From contig BAAFSQ010000010.1 in NCBI GenBank assembly GCA_054661495.1, positions 1-32,000 on the forward strand: a stretch of 32,000 nucleotides of DNA. The letters are read 5' to 3'. The notes beneath the pieces are model-generated. The model searched no databases and was not told the origin of the DNA. It was given only the letters and a program-made list of their open reading frames with translations. This document shows positions 11,328 to 21,268 of this stretch, piece by piece. Both the position numbers and the translations under genes were made by a program. Numbering within the stretch: position 1 is the first letter of the stretch; each line of letters starts with the position of its first letter. This DNA is from Zygophlyctis sp. KS116. Lineage: Eukaryota > Fungi > Chytridiomycota.

Positions 11328-12758
11328 ATGAGCATTTATAATTTAGCATTGGCTTTAGTAGCATTCCCTCTTATATTAAGATCTATGACTGTGTAATATA
11401 ATAACTCTGATCAGTAGATCGATTCCACTGTCGGGCCCATCGTTAAAGAATAATGTGACACAACGACTATTATCGCATTTTGAGTATATTGAGAGTAAAT
11501 ATGCTATACAGATACATAATATGTTTAAGCGGTTTGGTAATGAAGCTTTGCCATGGATCAGGAAAAGAGCAGCAGAGAATATAACTTTATCAAATGATGG
11601 CAATATTGCATATTATATGCCGATACAAGTGGGGACTCCGCCAAAGCAGTTTAATGTGCTGATTGATTCTGGATCTCATCTAACATTTTTAGGATCAGTA
11701 GACTGTCCAAGAGGATCTTGTAATAATTTACACTATTACAATCACAGTGGATCATCAACTTCTACTAGAACAGGAGTTGATGATTCTATAATATTTGCTC
11801 AAGGGAATGTAAATGGTTTTATAACAAGAGTATTTTGATCAATAATAATTATAGGATACGTTTTTTCTTGGACAGTTTAATGTCACTGATCAGGAATTTT
11901 TAGAAGTTGTAAATCAAGACGCAGTTATTCAAAGATTACAAAGGGGAACTTGGGATGGTTTAATTGGATTTGCTTTGAATAAGTTTAATTATGGTATCTA
12001 ATTGTTTTTAAGGGATAATTAGGTTCAAATTGGTCAAAATATAATACAATCTTTCAAAATATGATAACAAGAGGAATAATGACCAATCATATGTATGGAA
12101 TTTGGTTGACTTTATCTATGGATGGAGAAATGGACTCTAGAGGCGGTGAAATTACGTTTGGTGGATATAATCCAAAAAGATTTACTGGACCATTAATATG
12201 GATGGATGTTCAAATTATGCCTGCTTTTTCATTTAAATATTTTTGGGCTTTGACTTTGAACAAATTAGAAATATCTTTATACTCTTCAAAAAGTTTTTCT
12301 AGTAATGCTTTTGCTGTTCTAGATACAGGTAATTTTAGAATTGATAATATTATTAGGCAGTACATTTACTGTAATTGATGAATCAAGTTTCTCTTTACTA
12401 TTTCTTCAGCCAAATTCTCCTTTTAAGCTTACAAGATTTGGTAGTCTATTCCTCACATCTTGCGATTACATTTTGAATGGTCCAGACATGAATATATACT
12501 TGAATGGCAACAAATTTGAATTATCCCGTAAGATTTTCTTTATTAATATTAGCCAAAGATTACATTATTGATGATGGAGATGAATGTTATTTTGGACTTA
12601 CGTATACCCGGACGCTATTTAGTGGTCAAGTAACTTGGGTTTTAGGAGGACCATTTTTAAGAAGATTTTACACTGTTTATGATTGTAATTTAATTATCTA
12701 AAAACTAATTCAAGACGACGCAGAGCGAATCGGTGTTGCTGAAGCCTCTAAAATCTGA
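11328..12758 (+). CDS. Secreted pepsin-like aspartic protease (A1 family), paralog 1
   Basis: Signal peptide, IQVGTPPKQFNVLIDSGS, DGLIGF, AVLDTG|ST and WVLGGPFLRRFYTVYD. Introns 11393-11417, 11830-11854, 11994-12022, 12329-12356, 12528-12552 and 12685-12714. Confidence 0.92.
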
Positions 12759-12992
12759 TTGTTGATATTTTTTGACTTGATCAAAGACATTTCATTGTAA
12801 AAGTACATTTACAATCTCACAAGATACCAAATATATTAAATTATTACTCATGGATTAAATTATTTCTCTAGACTTAAATCTTTAACATTATCAGTCTGGT
12901 TGAGTGATCTAGAGTACTTAGAATGGCGTTTCATAACGCGAAAGGGTCGTGTTCTGGGACGCGTTGTGTTGTTGTTTTCAACGGTAATCAAA

Positions 12993-14528
12993 ATGGCTTT
13001 GAACGTCCAGATCTTAAAGAACGTGTTAGTTGGGTTCTTTTTGTTCCAATACATGCTCAATGTGAATTCAAAAACCAACACGGTTTCATTAAAGTTGCCA
13101 CAGCATGACGGTAATTTGGCCAAAAGATTCGCATCGCAAACGGACATTCTAGTGAAAAAGTATGCCGATCATTCCTCGCGCATCAAAAAGAGATCTGATG
13201 CCTCTACATCGGGCCTTGTAAAAAGGAATGGAAGTTCTCCAGGAGTTATGTTTCAGATTAATCTGTATAATGACGGAAATCTTGCGTATTATTTGCCCAT
13301 TGAAGTAGGGACCCCGCCTCAACCTTTTAACGTATTGTTAGATACAGCATCAGATGCATTATGGATTCCAAGTGCGGACTGTACTTCATGCAAAAACTTT
13401 CAGTATTTCAAAGCAAATGAATCGTCGACATATTATAATAGTACAAACTTCAAAAGGCTTGGATTTGGATCTGGAGTTATATCCGGTCATGAATCTAGTG
13501 TAATATTTACAGATCTAAAAACAGGATAAAGTGCGCCTATCCTCTTATACTGTACCTACGCAATCGCTTTTGGTGGCATCTCATGTTGATACTTTTGCCT
13601 CTGCTGCCGATTATGGGGTCTGGGATGGGCTGATTGGATTTGCTTTAAATAAGTTTCCTAGCGGTCGTAAGTTTGATTATATTTTACTCTTAGAAGCTAA
13701 TTTAAACAATAATTCATTTTTTCAAAATCTAATTAGTGCAGACTTAGGTATTAATATGGTGTTTGGTCTTCGTCTTTCACTCTCTCCTGATAATAAAAGG
13801 CAATTAGTAGGTGGCGGCGATTTAACAATTGGCGGTCTGAATGAATCTCACTTCGTTGGATCTTTAAAATGGCTCGATGTAGTTGCTATGCCTTATAAGC
13901 CTTTTAAATATTTTTGGTCTTTGAATTTAACTGGATTTGCCGCCACAAATATAAATGCTCGATCGCCCTCTAGCCCAGCAGTATTTGATAGCAAATCTTT
14001 TGCGATTTTGGATTCAGGTAATATAATCTTTTTTATACTTACTTTAGGTGCTTCATTTGTTTATATGGATACAAATAGCTTCAATTCATTTTTTCTCTCT
14101 GATTATTTCCCAGTAAAGGTAACATTAGTCAGAGGATTGTACACAGTTCCTTGTAATGATATTTCAGATCTTCCCGTTTTATCATTTTATCTAAATGATA
14201 TACCTTTTAATTTATACCGTATGTTTTACCAGTAAAACTTACATATAGCTGAAGAATATATCATAGATAATAAAGGAGAATGCTTACTTCAAATTGCTCA
14301 TATTGGTGGAATTTTTTATAATCAAACTACGTGGATTCTAGGAGCTCCTTTTTTGAGAAAGTATTACACGGCATATAATTGTAATTTATAAAATTCTAAC
14401 AGATTTAAGATGCTGCGGAAAAAATTGGATTGGCTCCAGCCGTTTTATCATATGCAACTAGAGCTACTAATGCCCAATTGGGCTATACTTTGCCACTGCT
14501 GGTTGCACTTCTAGCGTGGACTTTTTAA
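12993..14528 (+). CDS. Pepsin-like aspartic protease (A1 family), paralog 2, with C-terminal hydrophobic (GPI-like) tail
   Basis: IEVGTPPQPFNVLLDTASD, ILDSG|AS and WILGAPFLRKYYTAY; ends ...LGYTLPLLVALLAWTF*. Introns 13500-13524, 13667-13693, 14018-14047, 14219-14248 and 14381-14409, at positions equivalent to paralog 1. Confidence 0.9.
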
Positions 14529-14593
14529 GATTCAAATTAAATTAAATTATAAAAAATTCAACTAGTCTTTATTAGACAGTTGCCGAAAATATC

Positions 14594-15544
14594 CTAAAAA
14601 TCCTGAGGGACATTTAATGGAGCCACATTCAAGAGAGGCTGAAAAGGTTCCTCCTCTATGGAAATATTGACAGTGGTTGATTGATCATTAGCCAGCTTTA
14701 GCTCATCCTTAGATGCTATAAAGTATTGCTGTTCACCTTGGATAAGAGAAGATACATTTTGTTTTAGAGAGATTTCTTTCATAGGAATCGTAATATCATC
14801 GATCGATCCATATTCTTCATTCAAAGGGGCATTGATAAGATTAGCAATCGATGTCCCTTGTTTAATTGGATCCGCTCCAACTAAAGCATTCTCCAATCCA
14901 TCATCAAAAGTTTTATTCAAATCACTGGCGGTAATTCCCAAAGAAGAAAAGCTGGGCTTAGAAACCAGACTGATTGTATTTTCATCAGAAAGTGGGGCAT
15001 TGACAATTGATTGGATCGATCCCATTCTACTTAGTTTATTCAATGATTTTCTGCTAGATGACTTTTTCTTCAATTTTGGGTCTGGAATGCGTTTATTTAA
15101 CATCCCAGAACCATATGAGCGATTTAGATCTTTACCAGTAACAGAGCCTAAGCTATTCAATTCATAGTAGTTAATTGCTTCCTCTCCTTGAACAACGTCC
15201 TGGTCAGAAAAAGGCTTATTAAGCAAAGATGTTGCGCTTGGTAATTTCTTGGATTTTGAAGTCAACAATTTTTGGGATGACATTCTCTTTGTCAGCTTAA
15301 AAGGAGCCTCTCTTTGCGTAGCAGTGTCTTTTTCTTCATCACTATCTATAGCAGCAGCGATGGCATCCATCAGTTCTCGAGATTGATTATTACGTGTATT
15401 TCTGATCAAGCCGGACATTCTAGTTTTGATCGTTTTATTATAGGCAAGATTAGTTTCCTCATCAATCAATGCAGGGCCATCGATTCCAAGTAGAGTGGAA
15501 AATGAATCTCTAATCTCTGTTCTTAAATTTTGAAAGATACTCAT
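14594..15544 (-). CDS. Uncharacterised low-complexity protein with repeated short motifs, tandem paralog A
   Basis: Intronless 316-aa ORF with collinear motif similarity to 15763..16620. Confidence 0.75.
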   Translation of the reverse strand: MSIFQNLRTEIRDSFSTLLGIDGPALIDEETNLAYNKTIKTRMSGLIRNTRNNQSRELMDAIAAAIDSDEEKDTATQREAPFKLTKRMSSQKLLTSKSKKLPSATSLLNKPFSDQDVVQGEEAINYYELNSLGSVTGKDLNRSYGSGMLNKRIPDPKLKKKSSSRKSLNKLSRMGSIQSIVNAPLSDENTISLVSKPSFSSLGITASDLNKTFDDGLENALVGADPIKQGTSIANLINAPLNEEYGSIDDITIPMKEISLKQNVSSLIQGEQQYFIASKDELKLANDQSTTVNISIEEEPFQPLLNVAPLNVPQDF

Positions 15545-15549
15545 GATTT

Positions 15550-15625
15550 CTAGGTAATGAGCGCGAATATAAGCGAGAGAAATGCAGTAACATTAGATTG
15601 ATGCATTCAAAAGGATAAAACTTAC
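15550..15625 (-). other. Predicted 76-nt 5'-UTR intron of paralog A
   Basis: ACG|GTAAGT...CTCATTACCTAG|AAATC-ATG. No AG occurs between the donor and the acceptor. Confidence 0.6.
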
Positions 15626-15676
15626 CGTTATCGCTTTCAAGTTGAAAGTATTTTTACGTGTCGGGAATTAAGACAC

Positions 15677-15697
15677 TGACGTCATGACGGTGACGTC
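15677..15697. promoter_or_regulatory. Cluster of CRE/ATF-like elements
   Basis: TGACGTCA-TGACGG-TGACGTC: one perfect palindrome and two half or near sites, about 50 nt upstream of the 5'-UTR intron donor. Confidence 0.45.
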
Positions 15698-15762
15698 GGA
15701 TGGACACATCCGGGACCTGATTCACCAGTAAAAATCGTCAACTTCATTTTAAAACACTAAAC

Positions 15763-16620
15763 TTAGATTTTTTCATGTTCGTGCTTTCGATGATGCTCTT
15801 TAGTAGCAACATACATATCCGTATTCTTTGGTGGTTTGATCTTAACAGAAGACTTATCCGGAGTATCCTTGGTGATCCCTAATGCCTCCATCGATTGTCT
15901 AAATGGTTCATTGATAGCCGTGCCAATAGATCCCTTTGAGCTCTTTTTCTTTTCAGTCTTGACTTTAAGATTATCAAATGAACTTTTAGTAGCCTTTGCG
16001 AGATCTTTACCTGTAATGCCTAGAGTACTCTTTTGAGTTTTATCACGTGGTTCAGCAATTTCGAATGTTGAGGCTAAAGTAGAATTTATAATATGCGCAG
16101 ATGATTTTTTAACATCTACACTTCCACGTCTTCCTTTGCGATCCTTTCCTCCCGCGCTAGCAGTCATATTTAAGTTATCATTAACTGATTTACTTAAATC
16201 TTTTGAAGTAAGTTTGCTGAAATTATGATAAGAATATCCTCCATTAGGTCCACTTTCCAATCCATGAAATGAATCACGTAGAGGGCCATTCATTAAATCT
16301 GCTGCAGAAGGGATTCTACTTTTCTTATCCCCTAAATAATCTCTTGACTTGATATGATGACTTTTTTTCTTTAAATCCTTTATTGCTTTTTGATTTGGGG
16401 AATTATTTTCGTCCTTTTTCAAGATGTCTGAGATATCATTAACAAGATTTTGGATTTTATGAGGACTACCAGTCGGTTTTATCAATACTTCATTGCTCTT
16501 CTTTAAAGGCTTTCCATGAGCTTCACTCAAGTTTTGCATGTCTTCTTCAGAGCGATCCATATCTACCATGGATCCAAATGAGGCAGTAATATCATTCTTT
16601 AATGCATTTAAACGAGACAT
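15763..16620 (-). CDS. Uncharacterised basic low-complexity protein with repeated short motifs, tandem paralog B
   Basis: Intronless 285-aa ORF. It shares the N-terminal helix, SA..L.N.P, LGIT..DL and YxATKE-type motifs with paralog A. Confidence 0.75.
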   Translation of the reverse strand: MSRLNALKNDITASFGSMVDMDRSEEDMQNLSEAHGKPLKKSNEVLIKPTGSPHKIQNLVNDISDILKKDENNSPNQKAIKDLKKKSHHIKSRDYLGDKKSRIPSAADLMNGPLRDSFHGLESGPNGGYSYHNFSKLTSKDLSKSVNDNLNMTASAGGKDRKGRRGSVDVKKSSAHIINSTLASTFEIAEPRDKTQKSTLGITGKDLAKATKSSFDNLKVKTEKKKSSKGSIGTAINEPFRQSMEALGITKDTPDKSSVKIKPPKNTDMYVATKEHHRKHEHEKI

Positions 16621-16621
16621 C

Positions 16622-16700
16622 CTACGTGTTAAATGACATCAACTTCCAGATGCATTAGCAATGCCTTACATCTGGAGCGGAGAAGGTCCTGTAATCTTAC
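16622..16700 (-). other. Predicted 79-nt structured 5'-UTR intron of paralog B
   Basis: AAG|GTAAGA...TTAACACGTAG|G-ATG, with an internal inverted repeat TCCAGATG/CATCTGGA. Confidence 0.6.
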
Positions 16701-16935
16701 CTTTATGAATCGGAAGTTTGTTGGCACGTCGTTGGATTCGCGTCAAGATCAAGACTCTTGCATATAACCAACTTGAAATAGATCTAGATCTAAAACCAAT
16801 CTTGTCGAGATTATTCAAGATCGCTATAGATTTTGATTAGATACGAGATTACTTTATAAATCGATTTGAATTTACAAGATTTTAGCAGCAAACAAATCTC
16901 CCGAGTGTCAACAAATCCATCATCAATATTAGATC

Positions 16936-19119
16936 ATGAATAAACTTGATAGTATATTCAAAAGAGCTCTATCGAGAACAAGACCAAAGAATATATCACA
17001 TTTCGGAGTATCAGTCCAGACTCTACTATCTAGTAAAATATTACCATTGAGAGAAGATCCGATAGAAGCTGATATTCCGGACATTCTAATTCATCTGATC
17101 GATTATTTATCTAATGATCAATGTAAATTTATAATGTTAACGACATTTCAGATTTGAGCCAAGAAGGAATATTTAGAATTGCCGGATCTGTCAAGAATGT
17201 CAAAACCATTATTGCTGATATAGATCAAAAAGGGCCTCAGATCATAGCGAATCTAGATTCTTCTCCATTGAATTGTGTTTGCTCAATACTTAAGCAATGG
17301 ATAAGAGATATACCAGAAGGTTTTGTAGGGGAAGATATATATGTAAAATTATATGCGGCAAAAGGTATTACAGATTTGCTGATAAAATAGATGATCAGGC
17401 CCAACAGATTAGGATATTTCAGTCAATGACTAATCCTCATAGAAATATGCTGATATACATTTGCAGATTTCTATTAAAGATTATTTCTTTTGAAGCGCAG
17501 AATAAAATGTCAAAGGCTAATATTGCAATCATATTTGGTCCGAATGTATTCAAACCTCCCGAGCATTTAGCAAATACAGCGGAATTATCAATATCAGTCG
17601 TGGAGGATAATTTTAGGTATATCAGATGGCTTGAATTATTGTTAAATAACTTTTATGATATTTTCCACATTGAAGTATGTTTATCTATTCTTACTCTATA
17701 GGGCAAGATAATTACACAGATAACTGATGATCATGAAATTTCAATGTATGAATTTCTTAGAGGAAATATGCAAGATGTGATACAGAATGAAACAGCTCCC
17801 GGAGTAATTTATTTATTTTATTCTCTAGCGAACATCTTGGAGAAATGACGATAAGATGAGATCAAGAAGGAGTTTATCTATCAGTGAAAGAGAGATTCGT
17901 TCACGGCAATCATCTCAAAGAAAAGATGATTTCACATCAAGTAAAGATACAATATCTTTTTCAAGGCATTCAAGAAGACCAACTAGCTTAAATGCTGCTG
18001 ATTTCGAAGATATTGAAAAAATTAAACTTTTAAACAAGACTACTATAGAAGAGCCAGCGTTTAATGATCAGCCACCTATTGCTGAAGACAATATATCATC
18101 AAATTTAAATAGTAGAATTAAGAGGAGGGAAAGAAGTGGTAAATAATTATTATAATGTGTTAGATAGTTTATGTAATGATCTTGAATGTGAAATTAAAGC
18201 ATCAACAGAATATATAGCTTCAGAAATCGGATCAGGTATATACATTAGTAAAAGTAATTTTAGAAGACAGCAGCAGTAATATAAACAAATCCATAGAAGA
18301 CTTGACTCTGGATATAAATCCTCAAATAGAATCAGCGTGTTTATTTCAGTCTAATAATGATAAATCACATCTAGATTTAGAGGATTTAGACAGTAATCCT
18401 CCCATTGAATCTCCTATTACATCAACCAGAGAAATTTTACGAAAACTTAAATTAGGTATTCTATATAAATCTTATCAAAGCTGATTCTATTACTCCCAAT
18501 CAACCTACAAAGTCAAACTCTGATAGTGACTTATCAATCGATTCTGATTTAAAAGAAGTCAGAGATAAAGAAGATACAAAAGTGATCCTTCCTCAATACT
18601 TGGTTGATGAAACTCCATTTTCAACAGCCATTTCACGTATACTAAAGATTCGTGAGTCTGAAGGAAGACCTTTAAATTTTTCAGCAATGACAGAGTCTCA
18701 AATGTCTCGAGAAAAAATGATTATCAAAAAAGAATTAAATCGTCTAAAAAAATTCTCAGACTCTAACCATGAAGTAAATTTACTATTATTAATTTTAAGA
18801 TGACTGATGAAGAAAAATTAATGTTTAAACGTCTTATTTGCTGGTACAAAGAATTAAAAACACGAATATCAACCTTTAATACACCGCCAGATCAAATTTC
18901 TAATGATTCAGAAATGTAAATTTTTATTATTATATTTATACTAGACATTCATCCCTTCGATATGAAAAACAAATCATCAAAATCAGACTACATCAGTATG
19001 TAATAGATTTCAAAAAACGCGAAGGCCGATCCCCAACTTCATCCAAAGATTGGGCAAAGATGTCTAGTGACTATAGACGATATAAAGAATTAAGAAAAAT
19101 CTTGAAAGAGTCTGATTGA
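16936..19119 (+). CDS. RhoGAP-domain protein with FAM13-like C-terminus
   Basis: RhoGAP motifs FGVS, QEGIFRIAGS (arginine finger), LKQWIRDIPE and NKMSKANIAIIFGPN. C-terminal GRP...M...QM..EK..IKKEL and EK..IK.RL..Y...F...EGR...KD...M..DY.RYKEL as in FAM13A/B. Nine introns of 25-29 nt. Confidence 0.85.
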
Positions 19120-19156
19120 ACTTAATAAAATCATTTTTTAACCTAACCAAACTCTT

Positions 19157-19543
19157 ATGGCTCGACATCATCCAGATCTCATCTTTTGTAGAAAACAACC
19201 TGGAATAGGTATGACTTATTTGTTAATCTTGAGCAATCGGTAAACTATGTGAAAAATGCGATGGTCGATGTGTCGTCTGTGATTCCTATGGTAAATCAAT
19301 TTAAATCTAATCAAAGTCCGCCCTTGTGAACTAGTAAAGATTTGCGATGAATGCAATTTTGGAACAATGATGGGAAGATGTTGTATTTGTGGAGGTCATG
19401 GAATCGCTGATGCTTACTATTGTAAGGAGTGTTGCCAATTGGAAAAAGATCGAGATGGTTGTCCAAAGATTGTTAATCTAGGAAGTGCAAGGACAGATCT
19501 ATTCTATGAAAGGAAGAAATATAGTTCCAGACAAAGCCAATAA
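19157..19543 (+). CDS. PHF5A: PHD finger-like domain protein 5A / Rds3, SF3b component of the U2 snRNP
   Basis: Spliced: [52 protein letters not shown]...DAYYCKEC...[27 protein letters not shown]. Introns 19209-19233 (25 nt, GAG acceptor) and 19291-19316 (26 nt, AAG acceptor). Absent from the ORF track. Confidence 0.97.
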
Positions 19544-19550
19544 CATAATT

Positions 19551-20036
19551 TTATAAAGTTAAAAAGAAATCATCAGTCATCTCTTTTTTATCTTTAGTAA
19601 TTCCAAGAATTTCTTTAGAGTATTCCCAATTTACAGGCCATGATCCAGTCTCTTCTTTGATCTTGTTTATATATGATAGAATTGCAGTCTGTTTTTCAAC
19701 AGCGTCGGTGCTACCATTATTTAGAATAGAAATGTATTTTAAATCAGTCGGAAAGTGATCAATGTATGCCAAATGCAATCTCAACTCATCAGTCTCTGCA
19801 GATCCAGTTGATTCCAAAGTCTTTAATTTCCTATTTAATTTCTTTTTCTCGACAAACTTGACATACTTGTACTTTTGTTGAATCTTGAGTTTGTGCGCTT
19901 GTGACTGTAATTGAGCCAAGGAATCATTCAATTGATCTAGTTTGGACTCTAATGCAGGAGATGGAGAATGATTAATGAGTCGCTTTGTATCTCTAATTGA
20001 TTTTTTAACTTGGGAAACACTTAGAGATTTCTTCAT
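19551..20036 (-). CDS. EFG1: rRNA-processing protein Efg1
   Basis: KKSIRDTKRL, KYKYVKFVEKKK, LAYIDHFPTDLKYISI and a C-terminal DDFF. Confidence 0.85.
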   Translation of the reverse strand: MKKSLSVSQVKKSIRDTKRLINHSPSPALESKLDQLNDSLAQLQSQAHKLKIQQKYKYVKFVEKKKLNRKLKTLESTGSAETDELRLHLAYIDHFPTDLKYISILNNGSTDAVEKQTAILSYINKIKEETGSWPVNWEYSKEILGITKDKKEMTDDFFLTL

Positions 20037-20072
20037 TTTAACTCTACCTACTCAATTTTCAATGTCAAACTT

Positions 20073-21077
20073 TTAAAAATTTGCTCCATATCCAAAGGTT
20101 CCCATGATAGCATTCCAATAATAACTTTTCCAATTAGACTCTGTAAGCTCTTTAATACCAATAGGAACTTTTTCCTGATTCAAAGTAAGCATTGTAGAGT
20201 CTGATCCCTGTGAAAGAGTAATTGTCACTAGAGATTCATGTCCTGATGGCCAAGAAGATAATCTCCAAGTAAAAACCAATTTCTTAGAGTCTAATAATTC
20301 TTTCCAAGTTCCAGAGATATTTCCATGAAAAAGAGAAAAAGATTCACCAACCACTGGCCTTGAAATCACTGAACCTCTAGTCCAAGCCGCCACCTTGTTT
20401 GGATTTACTATATAAATCTGAAGCAGAACACATAAATTCTATAGACTGATTTAGTGTAATTAGACTTCCACGAACCTCTTCTTTAACATTTTTTTCAGTC
20501 TTTTGATTTAGTCCTACTAGAGGTTTTGGAGAATAAACTTGCAAAGTAGGATGACCCTTCATAGATTCTTTTGGAATTACCACATCTTTAGAGTGTGCTA
20601 TAATTACTAAATTAAATAAAAAATACCAGAAATCAATTCTTTTGAGAATTCCTCTAGTAAATATTTTTCAATCAATGGACACAATTTAGTCTTTGTAATG
20701 ACTAAAAAGAAATCATTTTCTCTAGTCCAAGATTCCATATCAACTTTCCATTCTAAAGAGTCTGAATCATGCATCCATTCTGGAACATGAATCGATCCCT
20801 TGACTTGTTTTTCCAAATCATTTAAAGCTACTCCCTTCCATTCCAAATTCAGAATCAAATCATAAATGTTTAACAGTTTACCCTTTCTCTGATTGAGATC
20901 AACATCTCCCTCTACAGATTTAACAGCAGAGATCCAAACATGACAAGAATCATTTTTAAATTCAAAGCTACAGAGTTTGTTTGCTAAAAACTCTTGCGTC
21001 CAAGGCAAACAATTCTTTTCTACCCAATGCCAATTGTTTACATTTTTCCAGTTTGTTCCTTGTTGAGACTGCATCAT
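20073..21077 (-). CDS. AHA1: Hsp90 co-chaperone Aha1 (apparent frameshift near 20410)
   Basis: NVNNWHWVEKN, GDVDLNQRKGK, and AHSA1 C-domain (FSLFHGNISG, WRLSSWP, NWKSYYW). Intron 20598-20626; the frame breaks between DLY and VNPNKVAAWTR. Confidence 0.92.
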
Positions 21078-21163
21078 TTCTAAACTTTTTCTTTAGTATT
21101 ATAGCAAATTTACAATTCTGTAACTTAACTAGTCTAAATTGTTGTTTCTATTTACCATTTACC

Positions 21164-21226
21164 ATTGAGTATTGAGTGTTGAGTATTGAGCATTGAGTAT
21201 TGAGTGTTGAGCATTGAGTATTGAGT
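21164..21226. repeat. Tandem array of nine 7-bp units RTTGAGY
   Basis: ATTGAGT x6, GTTGAGT, ATTGAGC and GTTGAGC, preceded by two ATTTACC 7-mers (21150-21163). Confidence 0.95.
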
Positions 21227-21268
21227 CACTAGTAAAAGAGCGGATGCATTAGATCCGATCGTTAAGAA

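Noticed and set aside
15550-16700. Intronic snoRNAs in the 76- and 79-nt introns
   Set aside because: No convincing box C (RUGAUGA) plus box D (CUGA) pair or H/ACA layout is visible. An Rfam scan would be needed to exclude it fully.
3159-19543. Functional cluster of splicing genes (SR-like, WW/FF, PHF5A)
   Set aside because: They are separated by unrelated genes, and three RNA-processing genes out of about 21 is compatible with chance.
21164-21226. Possible CRISPR array or true telomere
   Set aside because: The units are 7 bp with no spacers, and the array is short and internal between two genes in a eukaryotic context.
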